From a virus (Duplodnaviria > Caudoviricetes), in the IMG/VR virus record IMGVR_UViG_3300012667_000244, positions 1 through 64,000 of that record: a DNA stretch of 64,000 nt, one strand, 5' to 3'. Each line of letters begins with the position of its first letter. The first letter of the stretch is position 1. Shown piece after piece: positions 18,667-27,495 of the stretch. The notes under the pieces were generated by a model. That model saw only the letters and a program-made list of their open reading frames with translations, searched no databases and was not told where the DNA came from. Position numbers and translations under genes: made by a program.

Positions 18667-19524
18667 TTACTTTGGTGGGTTAATTCGAGCATCTAGCTCT
18701 TTTAATTTAGTGATCAAGTCTGGGTCCGTGATTGCAGGAGTTACAATATTAACCACTGTAACAAATCGACCTCTACGCTTGTTGTGAACATTTAGGAAGC
18801 CTGAACCGCTACTGGCAAATTCTGTACCATGCCCAACACCTGCTCGGATATCTAGCATCATAGTTTCGCCGGTAATTTTCTTAACTTGCTTTTGGCAACC
18901 AATCATTGCCTCGATGGGACTAATATGTACAGAAGTATATAGATCATCACCTTCTCTTCTAAAGTCCATATCTGGTATAATGATAATAGTGACATTCAAG
19001 TTACCACGAGGTAACCCTGGCACACTATCGTCTCCAAGACCTTGATAGCGGATTGTTTCACCATGACTAATACCTTCTGGTACATTAATAATAACAGTCT
19101 GCGATTTACCACTTGGTAATTTAAAGTTAGCTTCTAACTGCTTACCAACAAATGAATCCAACAGTGAAATGTTACATGCAATGTTTAGGTCTTTATTCTT
19201 TCGGAGCTGTCTTCCAAAAATATCTGTAAATGGGTTTGAACGGTTTCCAAACGGGTCAAAGCCACCGCCGAAAATATCTGCAAATTCTTGGAAGTCTCCA
19301 GAGTTAAAATGGCGTTGTCTGCTACCGCCCGCTCTCATTTGGTCGTATTCTGCTCGCTTGTTTTGATTGCTGAGGGTGTCATATGCTACGCTAATATCTT
19401 TAAACTTAGCTTGATCACCCCCGCGATCAGGGTGATGTTTCATAGCCAAACTGCGATACGCCTTTTTAATTTCGGCTTCGGATGCAGTTGGTTGTACACC
19501 TAGTGTTTGATAGTAATCGTTCAT
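18667..19524 (-). CDS. DnaJ class II/CbpA-like co-chaperone
   Basis: J-domain with HPD, G/F-rich linker and C-terminal domain; no zinc finger. Confidence 0.92.
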   Translation of the reverse strand: MNDYYQTLGVQPTASEAEIKKAYRSLAMKHHPDRGGDQAKFKDISVAYDTLSNQNKRAEYDQMRAGGSRQRHFNSGDFQEFADIFGGGFDPFGNRSNPFTDIFGRQLRKNKDLNIACNISLLDSFVGKQLEANFKLPSGKSQTVIINVPEGISHGETIRYQGLGDDSVPGLPRGNLNVTIIIIPDMDFRREGDDLYTSVHISPIEAMIGCQKQVKKITGETMMLDIRAGVGHGTEFASSGSGFLNVHNKRRGRFVTVVNIVTPAITDPDLITKLKELDARINPPK

Positions 19525-19534
19525 AGTCGTAAAA

Positions 19535-19582
19535 ACAGGTCCAATAATAATGTATAGTACACTATTTAATTGGACCTGTCAA
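19535..19582 (-). promoter_or_regulatory. 11-bp inverted repeat with U-tract, overlapping TTGACA-17-TACTAT and enclosing TAAATA
   Basis: ACAGGTCCAAT (19535-19545) / ATTGGACCTGT (19569-19579). Confidence 0.6.
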
Positions 19583-19593
19583 GTACTTAGAAA

Positions 19594-19806
19594 TTATTTT
19601 TTCTTAGTTGGTTCTGGAACTGCTGTGCCTTCGAACTTTTTATGTACTTTGATTTTCTTACAAACTTGGACTGGCTTGCCTGCTTTGTCGTTAACAACTT
19701 TGCCTGCTTTGTCTTTCTTGTCTTTGCAAACTTCTTTAACTTCAGCTTCAGCAAAAACTGAACCTGCTAAACTGAATGCAATTAAAAATGCTAATAATTT
19801 TTTCAT
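19594..19806 (-). CDS. Small secreted Lys-rich protein with two Cys
   Basis: Signal peptide MKKLLAFLIAFSLAGSVFA; start moved to 19806 after AAGGA. Confidence 0.75.
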   Translation of the reverse strand: MKKLLAFLIAFSLAGSVFAEAEVKEVCKDKKDKAGKVVNDKAGKPVQVCKKIKVHKKFEGTAVPEPTKKK

Positions 19807-19876
19807 GTTGGTTTCCTTAATTTTTTGGGTGTGTATGACCACACTTTCCACAAACATCATCGTTCATAAAATTTCC

Positions 19877-20335
19877 TTATAGTGGTTCGTCAACTTGCGG
19901 TGCAGGCATTGGTTTACCTGTAGAGCTAGTTAGTACTGCTGGTTTTGCCACAGCTACTGGCGCTGGTGGTGTGTACGGAGCAGGTGCTGGAGCCGCTGGC
20001 GGTGTGTACGGTGCAGGTGCTGGTGTTGATGGAACAGCCATTGTGCCACCTGCTTTATCACCTAACTTCTCTTGTGTACGACCGTAAGCCGCAATACCTA
20101 GAATAGCACCCATTGCCATGTGGAACAAGCCCGCACCTTGCAATGTAATTGGAGACCATTGTGTTTCAACACGACCGCCACCGATTACTTGTACTAAACT
20201 CCATAGTACTGGGAAGATAACGAAGTCTGAAGTACAGACCATCATATACATCCAACCCATCATTGGACGCCATTTACTATTCATCCAATCTTCTTTTTTC
20301 TTTTCACTATCACTCATTTGATTTTCATCTGCCAT
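19877..20335 (-). CDS. Putative holin (3TM-holin-like)
   Basis: WxSKWRPMMGW motif, two TM segments, Pro-rich tail; lies in the lysis cassette. Confidence 0.6.
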   Translation of the reverse strand: MADENQMSDSEKKKEDWMNSKWRPMMGWMYMMVCTSDFVIFPVLWSLVQVIGGGRVETQWSPITLQGAGLFHMAMGAILGIAAYGRTQEKLGDKAGGTMAVPSTPAPAPYTPPAAPAPAPYTPPAPVAVAKPAVLTSSTGKPMPAPQVDEPL

Positions 20336-20365
20336 TTTGTTCGCTCCTTAATGTGCATATATTAT

Positions 20366-20629
20366 TTACTTCACGCTGTCAAAAATCTCTTTTTGAGTTT
20401 TATACCATTCTTGCCAACCGTCAAGTTTAATCTGACATTCTTGATATTGTCCGTAGTTAGATGTAACTACTGTCAATACATCGCTTAGTTTGTCAGTACC
20501 GTTAGGTACAGCATTTAACTCAGGGCAGGATGCCATAAGTTCTTGTGGTACTGCTGGGAAGTTTCTCTTTACAGGTGTAGCTAAACATCCTGCTAGAAGT
20601 AGTAACGGTAGTAGGGCTAGTAATCTCAT
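20366..20629 (-). CDS. Outer-membrane spanin (Rz1-like lipoprotein)
   Basis: Lipobox LAGC, Pro-rich; overlaps the i-spanin stop. Confidence 0.75.
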   Translation of the reverse strand: MRLLALLPLLLLAGCLATPVKRNFPAVPQELMASCPELNAVPNGTDKLSDVLTVVTSNYGQYQECQIKLDGWQEWYKTQKEIFDSVK

Positions 20630-21081
20630 TTCTTACCTCCCTTGGCTGCATCGTTTAAGATACTAACTGCTTCGGGTGCAACTTTGCATTCTGAATCAAT
20701 CTTTGCAGTATCTTTAACAATACGCTCTTTAATTACCACTTGTACTTGTTTAACAACTTTGATCTTTTCAACGACTTTAGTTTTAATTTGTGTATTTGCT
20801 TCTTTAGACTTTTCTTCGCTTACTTTAACTTTCTCTTCTAAGTCTGCTACTTTTGCACGCCATGCTAGTTCATTAACATACCCGCCCTTAAAGAACAGGC
20901 CTGCGCATAGTAATACAATACCAATAGGTTTGAGTAAATTTGTGTAACTGCTAAAGAATGGAATCCATTTTCCTATCCATGCAGATAAGAGTCCTAATGC
21001 TCCAGCTAGAAGCATTAGGTTGATAATCCAGTTTAACACTCCCGCAGGAATTAAACTAATCATCCAATAGATTTGCCACAT
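20626..21081 (-). CDS. Inner-membrane spanin (Rz-like)
   Basis: N-terminal TMs, coiled coil and C-terminal Cys; lies between the endolysin and the lipoprotein. Confidence 0.7.
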   Translation of the reverse strand: MWQIYWMISLIPAGVLNWIINLMLLAGALGLLSAWIGKWIPFFSSYTNLLKPIGIVLLCAGLFFKGGYVNELAWRAKVADLEEKVKVSEEKSKEANTQIKTKVVEKIKVVKQVQVVIKERIVKDTAKIDSECKVAPEAVSILNDAAKGGKK

Positions 21082-21087
21082 AGTTGA

Positions 21088-21714
21088 TTACCCGTGTAGC
21101 ACATGAAGAGCGTGGTTATAATGCTTAATACGATCTTCAAGGCCAATGGTACCACCGTTAATGCGCTTAGTTAAAGTTAACATGTCGCCTTTGTCGGCCC
21201 ATTGATTTAAGTTGTTAGTTTCCCAGAACCAGCAAGCTGATTGTAAGGCGCCTTCAAATGTTGCTAGGTATTCTGGCAATTCTTCAACTGGTGTTTCAAT
21301 ACTATCAGCGAAGTTTGTGTAGTTGTCCTTGCCTGTAAGTTGGATAAGACCTCTACCACAGTATCTAAATCCGTCTCCGGATTCTTCTGGGCCATTGCCC
21401 ATACGATTGCCGTATACTCTGTTAGCAATTTTCTCTTGGTTATGTGCATATTGTCTTGCTAAGTCGATAGTTGGAAAGTATTTTGGAAATACTTTAACTA
21501 GACTCTCTGCCTTATAGTTTAAGTTTTCTTTTAATGCTCTGTAACCGCCTGACTCGTGTGCTGTTTGTGCTAGGAAAGCCGCTACACGAGGTAGTGATGT
21601 AATTTCGTACTCTGGAAGAATTTCGTTAAGTGCATGGAACCATTGTGGTACATAAGGATTGCCCTTTAAAATCTCACCTAACTTCTTTTCTGTAAATTCA
21701 AAATCAAAACTCAT
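21088..21714 (-). CDS. Glycoside hydrolase family 19 endolysin
   Basis: FLAQTAHES, ENLNY, GRGLIQLTG, TKRINGG. Confidence 0.93.
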   Translation of the reverse strand: MSFDFEFTEKKLGEILKGNPYVPQWFHALNEILPEYEITSLPRVAAFLAQTAHESGGYRALKENLNYKAESLVKVFPKYFPTIDLARQYAHNQEKIANRVYGNRMGNGPEESGDGFRYCGRGLIQLTGKDNYTNFADSIETPVEELPEYLATFEGALQSACWFWETNNLNQWADKGDMLTLTKRINGGTIGLEDRIKHYNHALHVLHG

Positions 21715-22445
21715 TATTTTTTCTCCAGTGCTACAGCATGACCGCTGTTTTCAAATATAAATGTATCACCAATTTTAGTGATGTTGTAGTTGCCAATGTA
21801 TTTTGTAAAGTATAATACTTCGCCGATATCTTTGCCTTCTAACATAATAGGGCCTTTAATTGACTCGTACACTTCTTTCTTAGTGCCGCTAGCAATAATG
21901 TTAAAGGAAATAGGGTCAGCCCATGTCTTTTTAAATGTAATTGATTCTTCTAATACTGTTACTTCGTCAACATAGCTGTTGTGGAAGAAAGTAGTAAAGT
22001 TTTCTAACATGTTTTGTTTGACTGCAACTTCATAACTATCTTTGTCTAGAGGAACATATAGCTTAATGTTTTCTTTGCTTGCAGGCTGGCTTCTAAAATT
22101 TTTGTAGTAACGGAAACGCATTTCTGGAATGCCTGTTAATCGTTCTACGCCATCTAGTAGCTCTGTAATTTGTTCAGGAGCATGTCTGCCACGCTCAATC
22201 TCAACGAACACTTTGTAAGTGCCGTCGTCTGTTTCACCCGGGCTTGTATCAGCATCTAATACAAAGTCATAACCCATCTCAATAAAGTTTTCTAAATCTT
22301 TAGCAGGGTCTTCGTGATCAACAGTAAAACTCAATACAATGATATCTTGGTCATCGCCAATTTTACTTTTAAAAGCGTCGATCTCAAAAACTTTTTTAAC
22401 TAAGTCGTTAAGATCATTAGGACGCAAACTTTCATTTACATTCAT
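21714..22445 (-). CDS. Hypothetical protein
   Basis: 243 aa, TAATG-coupled on both sides. Confidence 0.75.
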   Translation of the reverse strand: MNVNESLRPNDLNDLVKKVFEIDAFKSKIGDDQDIIVLSFTVDHEDPAKDLENFIEMGYDFVLDADTSPGETDDGTYKVFVEIERGRHAPEQITELLDGVERLTGIPEMRFRYYKNFRSQPASKENIKLYVPLDKDSYEVAVKQNMLENFTTFFHNSYVDEVTVLEESITFKKTWADPISFNIIASGTKKEVYESIKGPIMLEGKDIGEVLYFTKYIGNYNITKIGDTFIFENSGHAVALEKK

Positions 22446-22984
22446 TATGCTGGTGCTCCGCCTACTGGTGCCGGTGCTGCCGGAACACCTGCTGCCGCTA
22501 CAGGTGCAGCCGCTTGTGGAATTGGTGGTTCTTCTTTCGGAGCAGAATCGTCGTCTTCCTTCATCTTAGCCATGTAACCTTTGTACATATCAAAGGCTAC
22601 TTTCTTTGGCATTTGGATTTCAACGATCCAAATAGGCTTACGATCTAATCTGCCCTTCTTAGTACCCGGACGCATGTCGTCGTGTGTTCTAATAGGACGA
22701 GGTTCGATAACATGTGAACGCTCGTACTTAACTTTACAACCTAAATCTAATAAACGCTGTCCCCCAGTTGGGTCAGGCATCTTGTCCTGTGGCCACATAA
22801 AACCAACACTAATCCAGTGGCGGTCTACTTTAGGCCCGTAGGCTAATTCCCCGTCAATCCAGTTTTCGTAAACATACAGATCCATCTCTTCTAAAACACG
22901 CTCGAAGTCCTTTAAAATGGCCATGTTGCTATTGTTTTCGTATAGATCTTGTATGTTGCGTATGACGTCTAATATATCGTGCAT
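22445..22984 (-). CDS. Hypothetical protein
   Basis: 179 aa; TAAATA at 23010-23015. Confidence 0.75.
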   Translation of the reverse strand: MHDILDVIRNIQDLYENNSNMAILKDFERVLEEMDLYVYENWIDGELAYGPKVDRHWISVGFMWPQDKMPDPTGGQRLLDLGCKVKYERSHVIEPRPIRTHDDMRPGTKKGRLDRKPIWIVEIQMPKKVAFDMYKGYMAKMKEDDDSAPKEEPPIPQAAAPVAAAGVPAAPAPVGGAPA

Positions 22985-23084
22985 TGTTAAGTCCTAAAAT
23001 CTCTTCATGTATTTAGCACATTTCGAACGAGGCGCAAACAATAACATATCTGTTAATTATCCTAGGGATTGTGTAAATAATAGT

Positions 23085-23147
23085 GTAGGACCTCTGTAGT
23101 TATCAAAGGCGGTCGCTACAAGTCCTACTTTTTCTTAAGAGTAGGAG
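23085..23147 (+). promoter_or_regulatory. Structured phoH leader with alternative pairings
   Basis: GTAGGAC/GTCCTAC plus TGTAG/CTACA hairpin with T5, versus TCCTACTT/GAGTAGGA covering the SD. Confidence 0.5.
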
Positions 23148-23156
23148 CAACTATAG

Positions 23157-23876
23157 ATGACAAAAAGAGTGAAAAAACGCTTTACATCAGAAGTTAACAT
23201 TATTGATTTTCAACCCGCTTATCTTCCGCAGAAGAAGCAGCGTGTGCATCTAAACCCACGCAGTGCTAATCAGCGCGAATACTTAAACAAACTCCAAGAC
23301 GAACAAACTAGCATCGTACTTGCTATCGGCCCTGCCGGTACAGGTAAAACTATGCTGGCTGTTCAGCACGGGATTAAGTTATTCCAAGAAGGTATTGTAG
23401 ATAAAATCGTAGTGACAAGACCCGCCGTTAGTGTGGACGAGGATTTAGGATTTTTACCAGGTACCCTTAATGAAAAAATGGCACCATGGACAAGACCTAT
23501 TTTTGACGTCTTCGCAGAATATTATCAACAAAAAGACATCGCAAAGATGTTAGAGGATGGAGTTATCGAGATCAGCCCGCTCGCTTATATGCGAGGACGC
23601 ACATTCAAGAACGCATACATTATTGCTGATGAATGTCAGAACACAACAGTTAACCAGATGAAGATGTTACTAACCAGACTTGGTGAAGGATCCAAAATGG
23701 TAGTGACTGGAGATTTGGCACAAGCAGACCGTATGAGCGATAACGGACTAATAGATTTTTGCAACCTACTTAGTGGAAAACAGTTAAAGCACATTGACAT
23801 CGTTGAGTTTGACCATAAGGATATCGAACGACATAACGCTGTTAAGGAAGTTTTGAAACTCTACGGAGATTCTTAA
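23157..23876 (+). CDS. phoH: PhoH-family ATPase
   Basis: GPAGTGKT, LGFLPG, YMRGRT, DECQN, GDLAQ. Confidence 0.95.
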   Translation: MTKRVKKRFTSEVNIIDFQPAYLPQKKQRVHLNPRSANQREYLNKLQDEQTSIVLAIGPAGTGKTMLAVQHGIKLFQEGIVDKIVVTRPAVSVDEDLGFLPGTLNEKMAPWTRPIFDVFAEYYQQKDIAKMLEDGVIEISPLAYMRGRTFKNAYIIADECQNTTVNQMKMLLTRLGEGSKMVVTGDLAQADRMSDNGLIDFCNLLSGKQLKHIDIVEFDHKDIERHNAVKEVLKLYGDS

Positions 23877-23881
23877 GTCGT

Positions 23882-23907
23882 AAAAAAAGGACCTTCGGGT
23901 CCTTTTT
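23882..23907. terminator. Bidirectional intrinsic terminator with cUUCGg loop
   Basis: AAAAAGGACC-TTCG-GGTCCTTTTT between convergent genes. Confidence 0.9.
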
Positions 23908-23908
23908 C

Positions 23909-24355
23909 TTATTCTAACTGTTCAACTCCGACCTTCGAAGCCTTAAGGAAGTCCACCCCGGCACTATCCCGATAAGCAGTACGATAGAATACTCGTCTAA
24001 TACCTGTTTGGTATATAAGTTTGGCACAGTCCAAGCAAGGAGCATGAGTAACAAATAAATCCCCATCGAGACCAGACTCGTTACTTCTAGCAAGTTTCGC
24101 AATGGCGTTAGTTTCTGCATGTAATACCTCGGGTCTTGTTTTTAATACTTTCTCGCCTAACTCTGTACCAAGCGGGTTCAGCCCTACTTCATATTCGCAG
24201 TTATTATCCCAACCTGCCGGCATACCATTGTAGCCAATAGAGATAATCCTATCATCCTTAACTACAATGGCGCCAACATGTAAGCGCCTAGCGTGACTAA
24301 GCTCTGCGAATGTTTCCGCAGTTTTCATGTATGCTTGTTTAAGTTTCGTCTTCAT
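23909..24355 (-). CDS. dCMP deaminase
   Basis: GYNG, HAETNA, PCLDC. Confidence 0.92.
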   Translation of the reverse strand: MKTKLKQAYMKTAETFAELSHARRLHVGAIVVKDDRIISIGYNGMPAGWDNNCEYEVGLNPLGTELGEKVLKTRPEVLHAETNAIAKLARSNESGLDGDLFVTHAPCLDCAKLIYQTGIRRVFYRTAYRDSAGVDFLKASKVGVEQLE

Positions 24356-24638
24356 TTAACATCTTATCAATTATTGGACCATTTTTATCTTCTGGAAAGT
24401 ATGTTGCATGATATTCTGTATCGCCTATCATGTAGTAGTCTGTCCAGCTATGCTGATTGTTAGTTTCCTTGAATGGCTCAACCATTGCCAGCAATAACAT
24501 AACCTGTTCTTTTTCCTTACCTTCTAGAGTCTTATGCGGTCGCCCCATAATACTGCGTAGGAATACTTTTAATCTCTCAGGATCGTTCCGCAACTCTTCG
24601 TGAAACTTTCGCATTAATTTTAGAGATTCAGTGGTCAT
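24339..24638 (-). CDS. Hypothetical protein
   Basis: Overlapping operon gene. Confidence 0.65.
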   Translation of the reverse strand: MTTESLKLMRKFHEELRNDPERLKVFLRSIMGRPHKTLEGKEKEQVMLLLAMVEPFKETNNQHSWTDYYMIGDTEYHATYFPEDKNGPIIDKMLNEDET

Positions 24639-24844
24639 GCGTTTCTCTTGTTAGTTTTACTATAGGCATGCTCGAATCTAGGCATACCGCAACTTGCACA
24701 TTGACATACTGCTATCGGTGTACCAAAATCATGAGCACGCTCTTTTACAGTATATGTAGTCCAGCGATGCCATCCAAGTCGACACTTCCAATTCATTATT
24801 GGAGGTAAGTCCTTTAATGCTCGCCAAGTGTCCTCTTTGTTCAT
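24635..24844 (-). CDS. Small Cys/His protein
   Basis: CRLGWHRW...CQCASCG; ATGA overlaps. Confidence 0.65.
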   Translation of the reverse strand: MNKEDTWRALKDLPPIMNWKCRLGWHRWTTYTVKERAHDFGTPIAVCQCASCGMPRFEHAYSKTNKRNA

Positions 24845-25755
24845 AGGTGTGACAAGCGAATCAATGTTGCCGCGAGGTTAATCTCTGGATCGCTGACCAA
24901 TGTGTGATCAACAAGACCTTGCTTGATAATGAGAATAGCTTTGTCTTGAGTCGGTTCGTCTCCAAAGATGGCGATGTTATCATACAACCATCGATATATC
25001 TCTTCCATCTCCTCTGGGCGAGCCTGGCCGCAGACGAGTTTACGGGCTTCTGTAATTTTGCCTTTCTTGAATAACTCGACCATTTCAAGTTTGTAATCTG
25101 CTTCACCTGTATCACCTTTTTCTGGAGTGTGCAACTTTCCATCTAAACTGTTCATCTGCACTGTGTTAATACACTTACGCAAGTCTGGGTAAGTTGCCTT
25201 AACAAAAGTATCTAGCGTATCAAGTTCAAACTCAATAGCTTCTGTAATTAGAATCTCTGCCATGCGGGCAGTGAATTCTGTAATGTCAACACGCTCAATG
25301 TGAAAGCCTTGACAACGACTATGCAACGCTGGAATGATTCTGTTAGGGTAATTACAAGTTAGAATAAAGCGGGCAGTAGTGTGATACTCTTCCATAACAC
25401 CACGCAACGCTGCCTGTGCGTTCGGAGACAAATAGTCAGCCTCGTCAAGCAATACAACTTTGAAATCACCGAACGGAATCATTTGTACAAAGTTAACAAT
25501 CTTGTCACGGACATCTTCAACTGAGTTAGTGCGTGATGCGTTGATTTCTAAAACATCTAGATCGTTAATATCTAGTTCATTAAACAAAATCTTAGCAAGG
25601 GTTGTTTTACCAATACCTGCATTACCGCTGAACAGTAAATGCGGAATTGACTTCTGCTTAATCCACGCCTGTACTTGTTCTTTCTGGTGTGCGTCTCTAA
25701 AGACATACCCGTCTATCGTTGCAGGACGATATTTTTCAACCCATAGTTCTTTCAT
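24841..25755 (-). CDS. Clamp loader subunit (RFC small/gp44-like)
   Basis: WVEKYRP, GNAGIGKT, NAS, DEAD, SRC. Confidence 0.93.
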   Translation of the reverse strand: MKELWVEKYRPATIDGYVFRDAHQKEQVQAWIKQKSIPHLLFSGNAGIGKTTLAKILFNELDINDLDVLEINASRTNSVEDVRDKIVNFVQMIPFGDFKVVLLDEADYLSPNAQAALRGVMEEYHTTARFILTCNYPNRIIPALHSRCQGFHIERVDITEFTARMAEILITEAIEFELDTLDTFVKATYPDLRKCINTVQMNSLDGKLHTPEKGDTGEADYKLEMVELFKKGKITEARKLVCGQARPEEMEEIYRWLYDNIAIFGDEPTQDKAILIIKQGLVDHTLVSDPEINLAATLIRLSHL

Positions 25756-26006
25756 ACTAGTTCCTCAGCAATGCCTAATACTTCAGCGGCAATTAATAGC
25801 CCGCCGACAATTGGTAGTCCGTAAATAACGAGCGCAACTCCTGCACCGACACGGATAAAACTCTTTACAAGACTAATATACAAGTGCTTGCGTGGATCCG
25901 GTAATCCTGCGTTCTTAACTGATTCGTAACTAAAGCCGCCACTTGGGTTTTCCAATGCTGCCTTGGCTTTCTTAATGTCTTCAACTGCTTCTGAATGATT
26001 ACTCAT
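25752..26006 (-). CDS. Small membrane protein
   Basis: Two C-terminal hydrophobic helices. Confidence 0.7.
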   Translation of the reverse strand: MSNHSEAVEDIKKAKAALENPSGGFSYESVKNAGLPDPRKHLYISLVKSFIRVGAGVALVIYGLPIVGGLLIAAEVLGIAEELV

Positions 26007-26033
26007 ATTAATTCCTTATAGATAACTTAGTAC

Positions 26034-26071
26034 AGTATACAGGTGAGAACAGGGCAATGTCAAGCCCTGTT
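26034..26071 (-). promoter_or_regulatory. Hairpin (AACAGGGC/GCCCTGTT) whose loop holds the -35 of TTGACA-18-TATACT
   Basis: Read directly after the groES stop. Confidence 0.55.
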
Positions 26072-26079
26072 TTACTCAA

Positions 26080-26475
26080 TTACTTAAGATTTAAAAAGTC
26101 TTGCGGATTATGAGTCGACCCGTGTCGTGCAGTTTCGTTTTCACCAAACTGGAAATCTTCTGGTTTATCGTCGCTGACTGCTAACATTGCTTTGATGTCG
26201 GCTCGACGAATAATGAGTTCATCGCCGTGTTCGTCTTTAACTGTAACACCTCGAGTCCAACGACCATGCTCGAGCAAAATCCAACTACCAACTTGTACAT
26301 CCTTTTGTTCAGGCCCAACAGCCCATACACGGCCCCAGCGAGGTTTAATACCTTCACTCTTACCGTTTAAACTTTGGATGACAATACCGCCTTTGGACTT
26401 TTCTTCCCCAAACTCCATGTCGGTAATAAGGACATTGTCCTTGATAGGTTTAATTTTACCCTGTACTACATTCAT
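26080..26475 (-). CDS. groES: GroES-like co-chaperonin
   Basis: IKPIKDNVL, KSKGGIVI mobile loop, GRVWAVGP. Confidence 0.85.
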   Translation of the reverse strand: MNVVQGKIKPIKDNVLITDMEFGEEKSKGGIVIQSLNGKSEGIKPRWGRVWAVGPEQKDVQVGSWILLEHGRWTRGVTVKDEHGDELIIRRADIKAMLAVSDDKPEDFQFGENETARHGSTHNPQDFLNLK

Positions 26476-26723
26476 ACGCCACCTGATTGGTCGTCTGCGC
26501 TTTTATCTTGGTTAGTAGTAGATCTAGCACGACCTTCTCTAACTACATCTTCTGCCTTACGAACAATGCGTCCGCCAGGCCCTAGTTCGTCACCACGAGC
26601 ATTGACTTTAACATTGCCTACAGCAACGGTCATTTCGTTTTGGTTAACTAGTTTATTCATATCAACCTCTTTACCTTGCATACTGCGGTAAACAGATCCT
26701 CTTTGTTCTCTAAATGTTGCCAT
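26472..26723 (-). CDS. Hypothetical protein
   Basis: GKEVDMNKL...AVGNVKVNARGDELG. Confidence 0.75.
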   Translation of the reverse strand: MATFREQRGSVYRSMQGKEVDMNKLVNQNEMTVAVGNVKVNARGDELGPGGRIVRKAEDVVREGRARSTTNQDKSADDQSGGV

Positions 26724-26750
26724 TATAAATCTCCTCGATTATGTTAGTAC

Positions 26751-27254
26751 TTATCTCAGGAATTCCTGCCAGTCCAAATTATATTTAACGCTATCTACGC
26801 TGTGTACGCCAATTAAGAATAGTACATAGCTTGCTACACTAGATCCACGACCAATACCCCATACTACAGACTCTTCCTCACAAGTATCGACAAAATACTT
26901 GAGCCAGCGAAGTAGGTCTAGCATATTGCGCTCTTTGAACGCATTTAATTCAGCTATTAGTCTTGGGTAGTTTTCTTCAGGACAAGCAAGGACTAAGTAT
27001 TCTTCAATGTCCATTTGCTTATATTTGTCAGGCATGTTCCAATTAGCCTGACAAATAGCATCATACTCTGCGACGGCTACTTCTAAGTCTTCTGGGTAGG
27101 GTTCTGTAAATTTGATCCCGGCAGTATTAGCCAAAGACTCTGTGTCAGTAGTAGGATCTACAAACATTGCTGGTGACAAAGTTTGGCCCTTGTAAAGAGC
27201 TTCAAAAATGTCTTGTTCGTTGAATACCGGATTGCTATATTGATCTAGGCGCAT
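26751..27254 (-). CDS. DNA polymerase III alpha (DnaE)-like fragment
   Basis: GIGRGSSVASYVLFLIGVH..D.VKY.L...FL; ends before the PDxD catalytic motif. Confidence 0.75.
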   Translation of the reverse strand: MRLDQYSNPVFNEQDIFEALYKGQTLSPAMFVDPTTDTESLANTAGIKFTEPYPEDLEVAVAEYDAICQANWNMPDKYKQMDIEEYLVLACPEENYPRLIAELNAFKERNMLDLLRWLKYFVDTCEEESVVWGIGRGSSVASYVLFLIGVHSVDSVKYNLDWQEFLR

Positions 27255-27261
27255 AGCCTAT

Positions 27262-27290
27262 AGTTTAGTTGATATTAATCAGTTTGTCAA
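27262..27290 (-). promoter_or_regulatory. sigma70-type promoter TTGACA-17-TAAACT, 7 nt from the ATG (leaderless candidate)
   Basis: Read directly. Confidence 0.55.
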
Positions 27291-27495
27291 GATCTTTATT
27301 GCGTGTTTGCATCATTTTTTCGTATGCAAGGCGTTGGCGGTTTGCCATTTCTTCTTTATATGAGTTCAAAACCATTCCGATCTGTTGTTGCAGATCAAAG
27401 TTATTGGACATAAAATACTTTCGGGTTAGGTCTTGTATTTTATTTTCAATGTCCGCATCTTTAAGAGCGGAAAGGTTATCGACTAGCGGATGCAT
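27265..27495 (-). CDS. Hypothetical protein
   Basis: Start MHPLVD via TAATG overlap. Confidence 0.7.
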   Translation of the reverse strand: MHPLVDNLSALKDADIENKIQDLTRKYFMSNNFDLQQQIGMVLNSYKEEMANRQRLAYEKMMQTRNKDLDKLININ

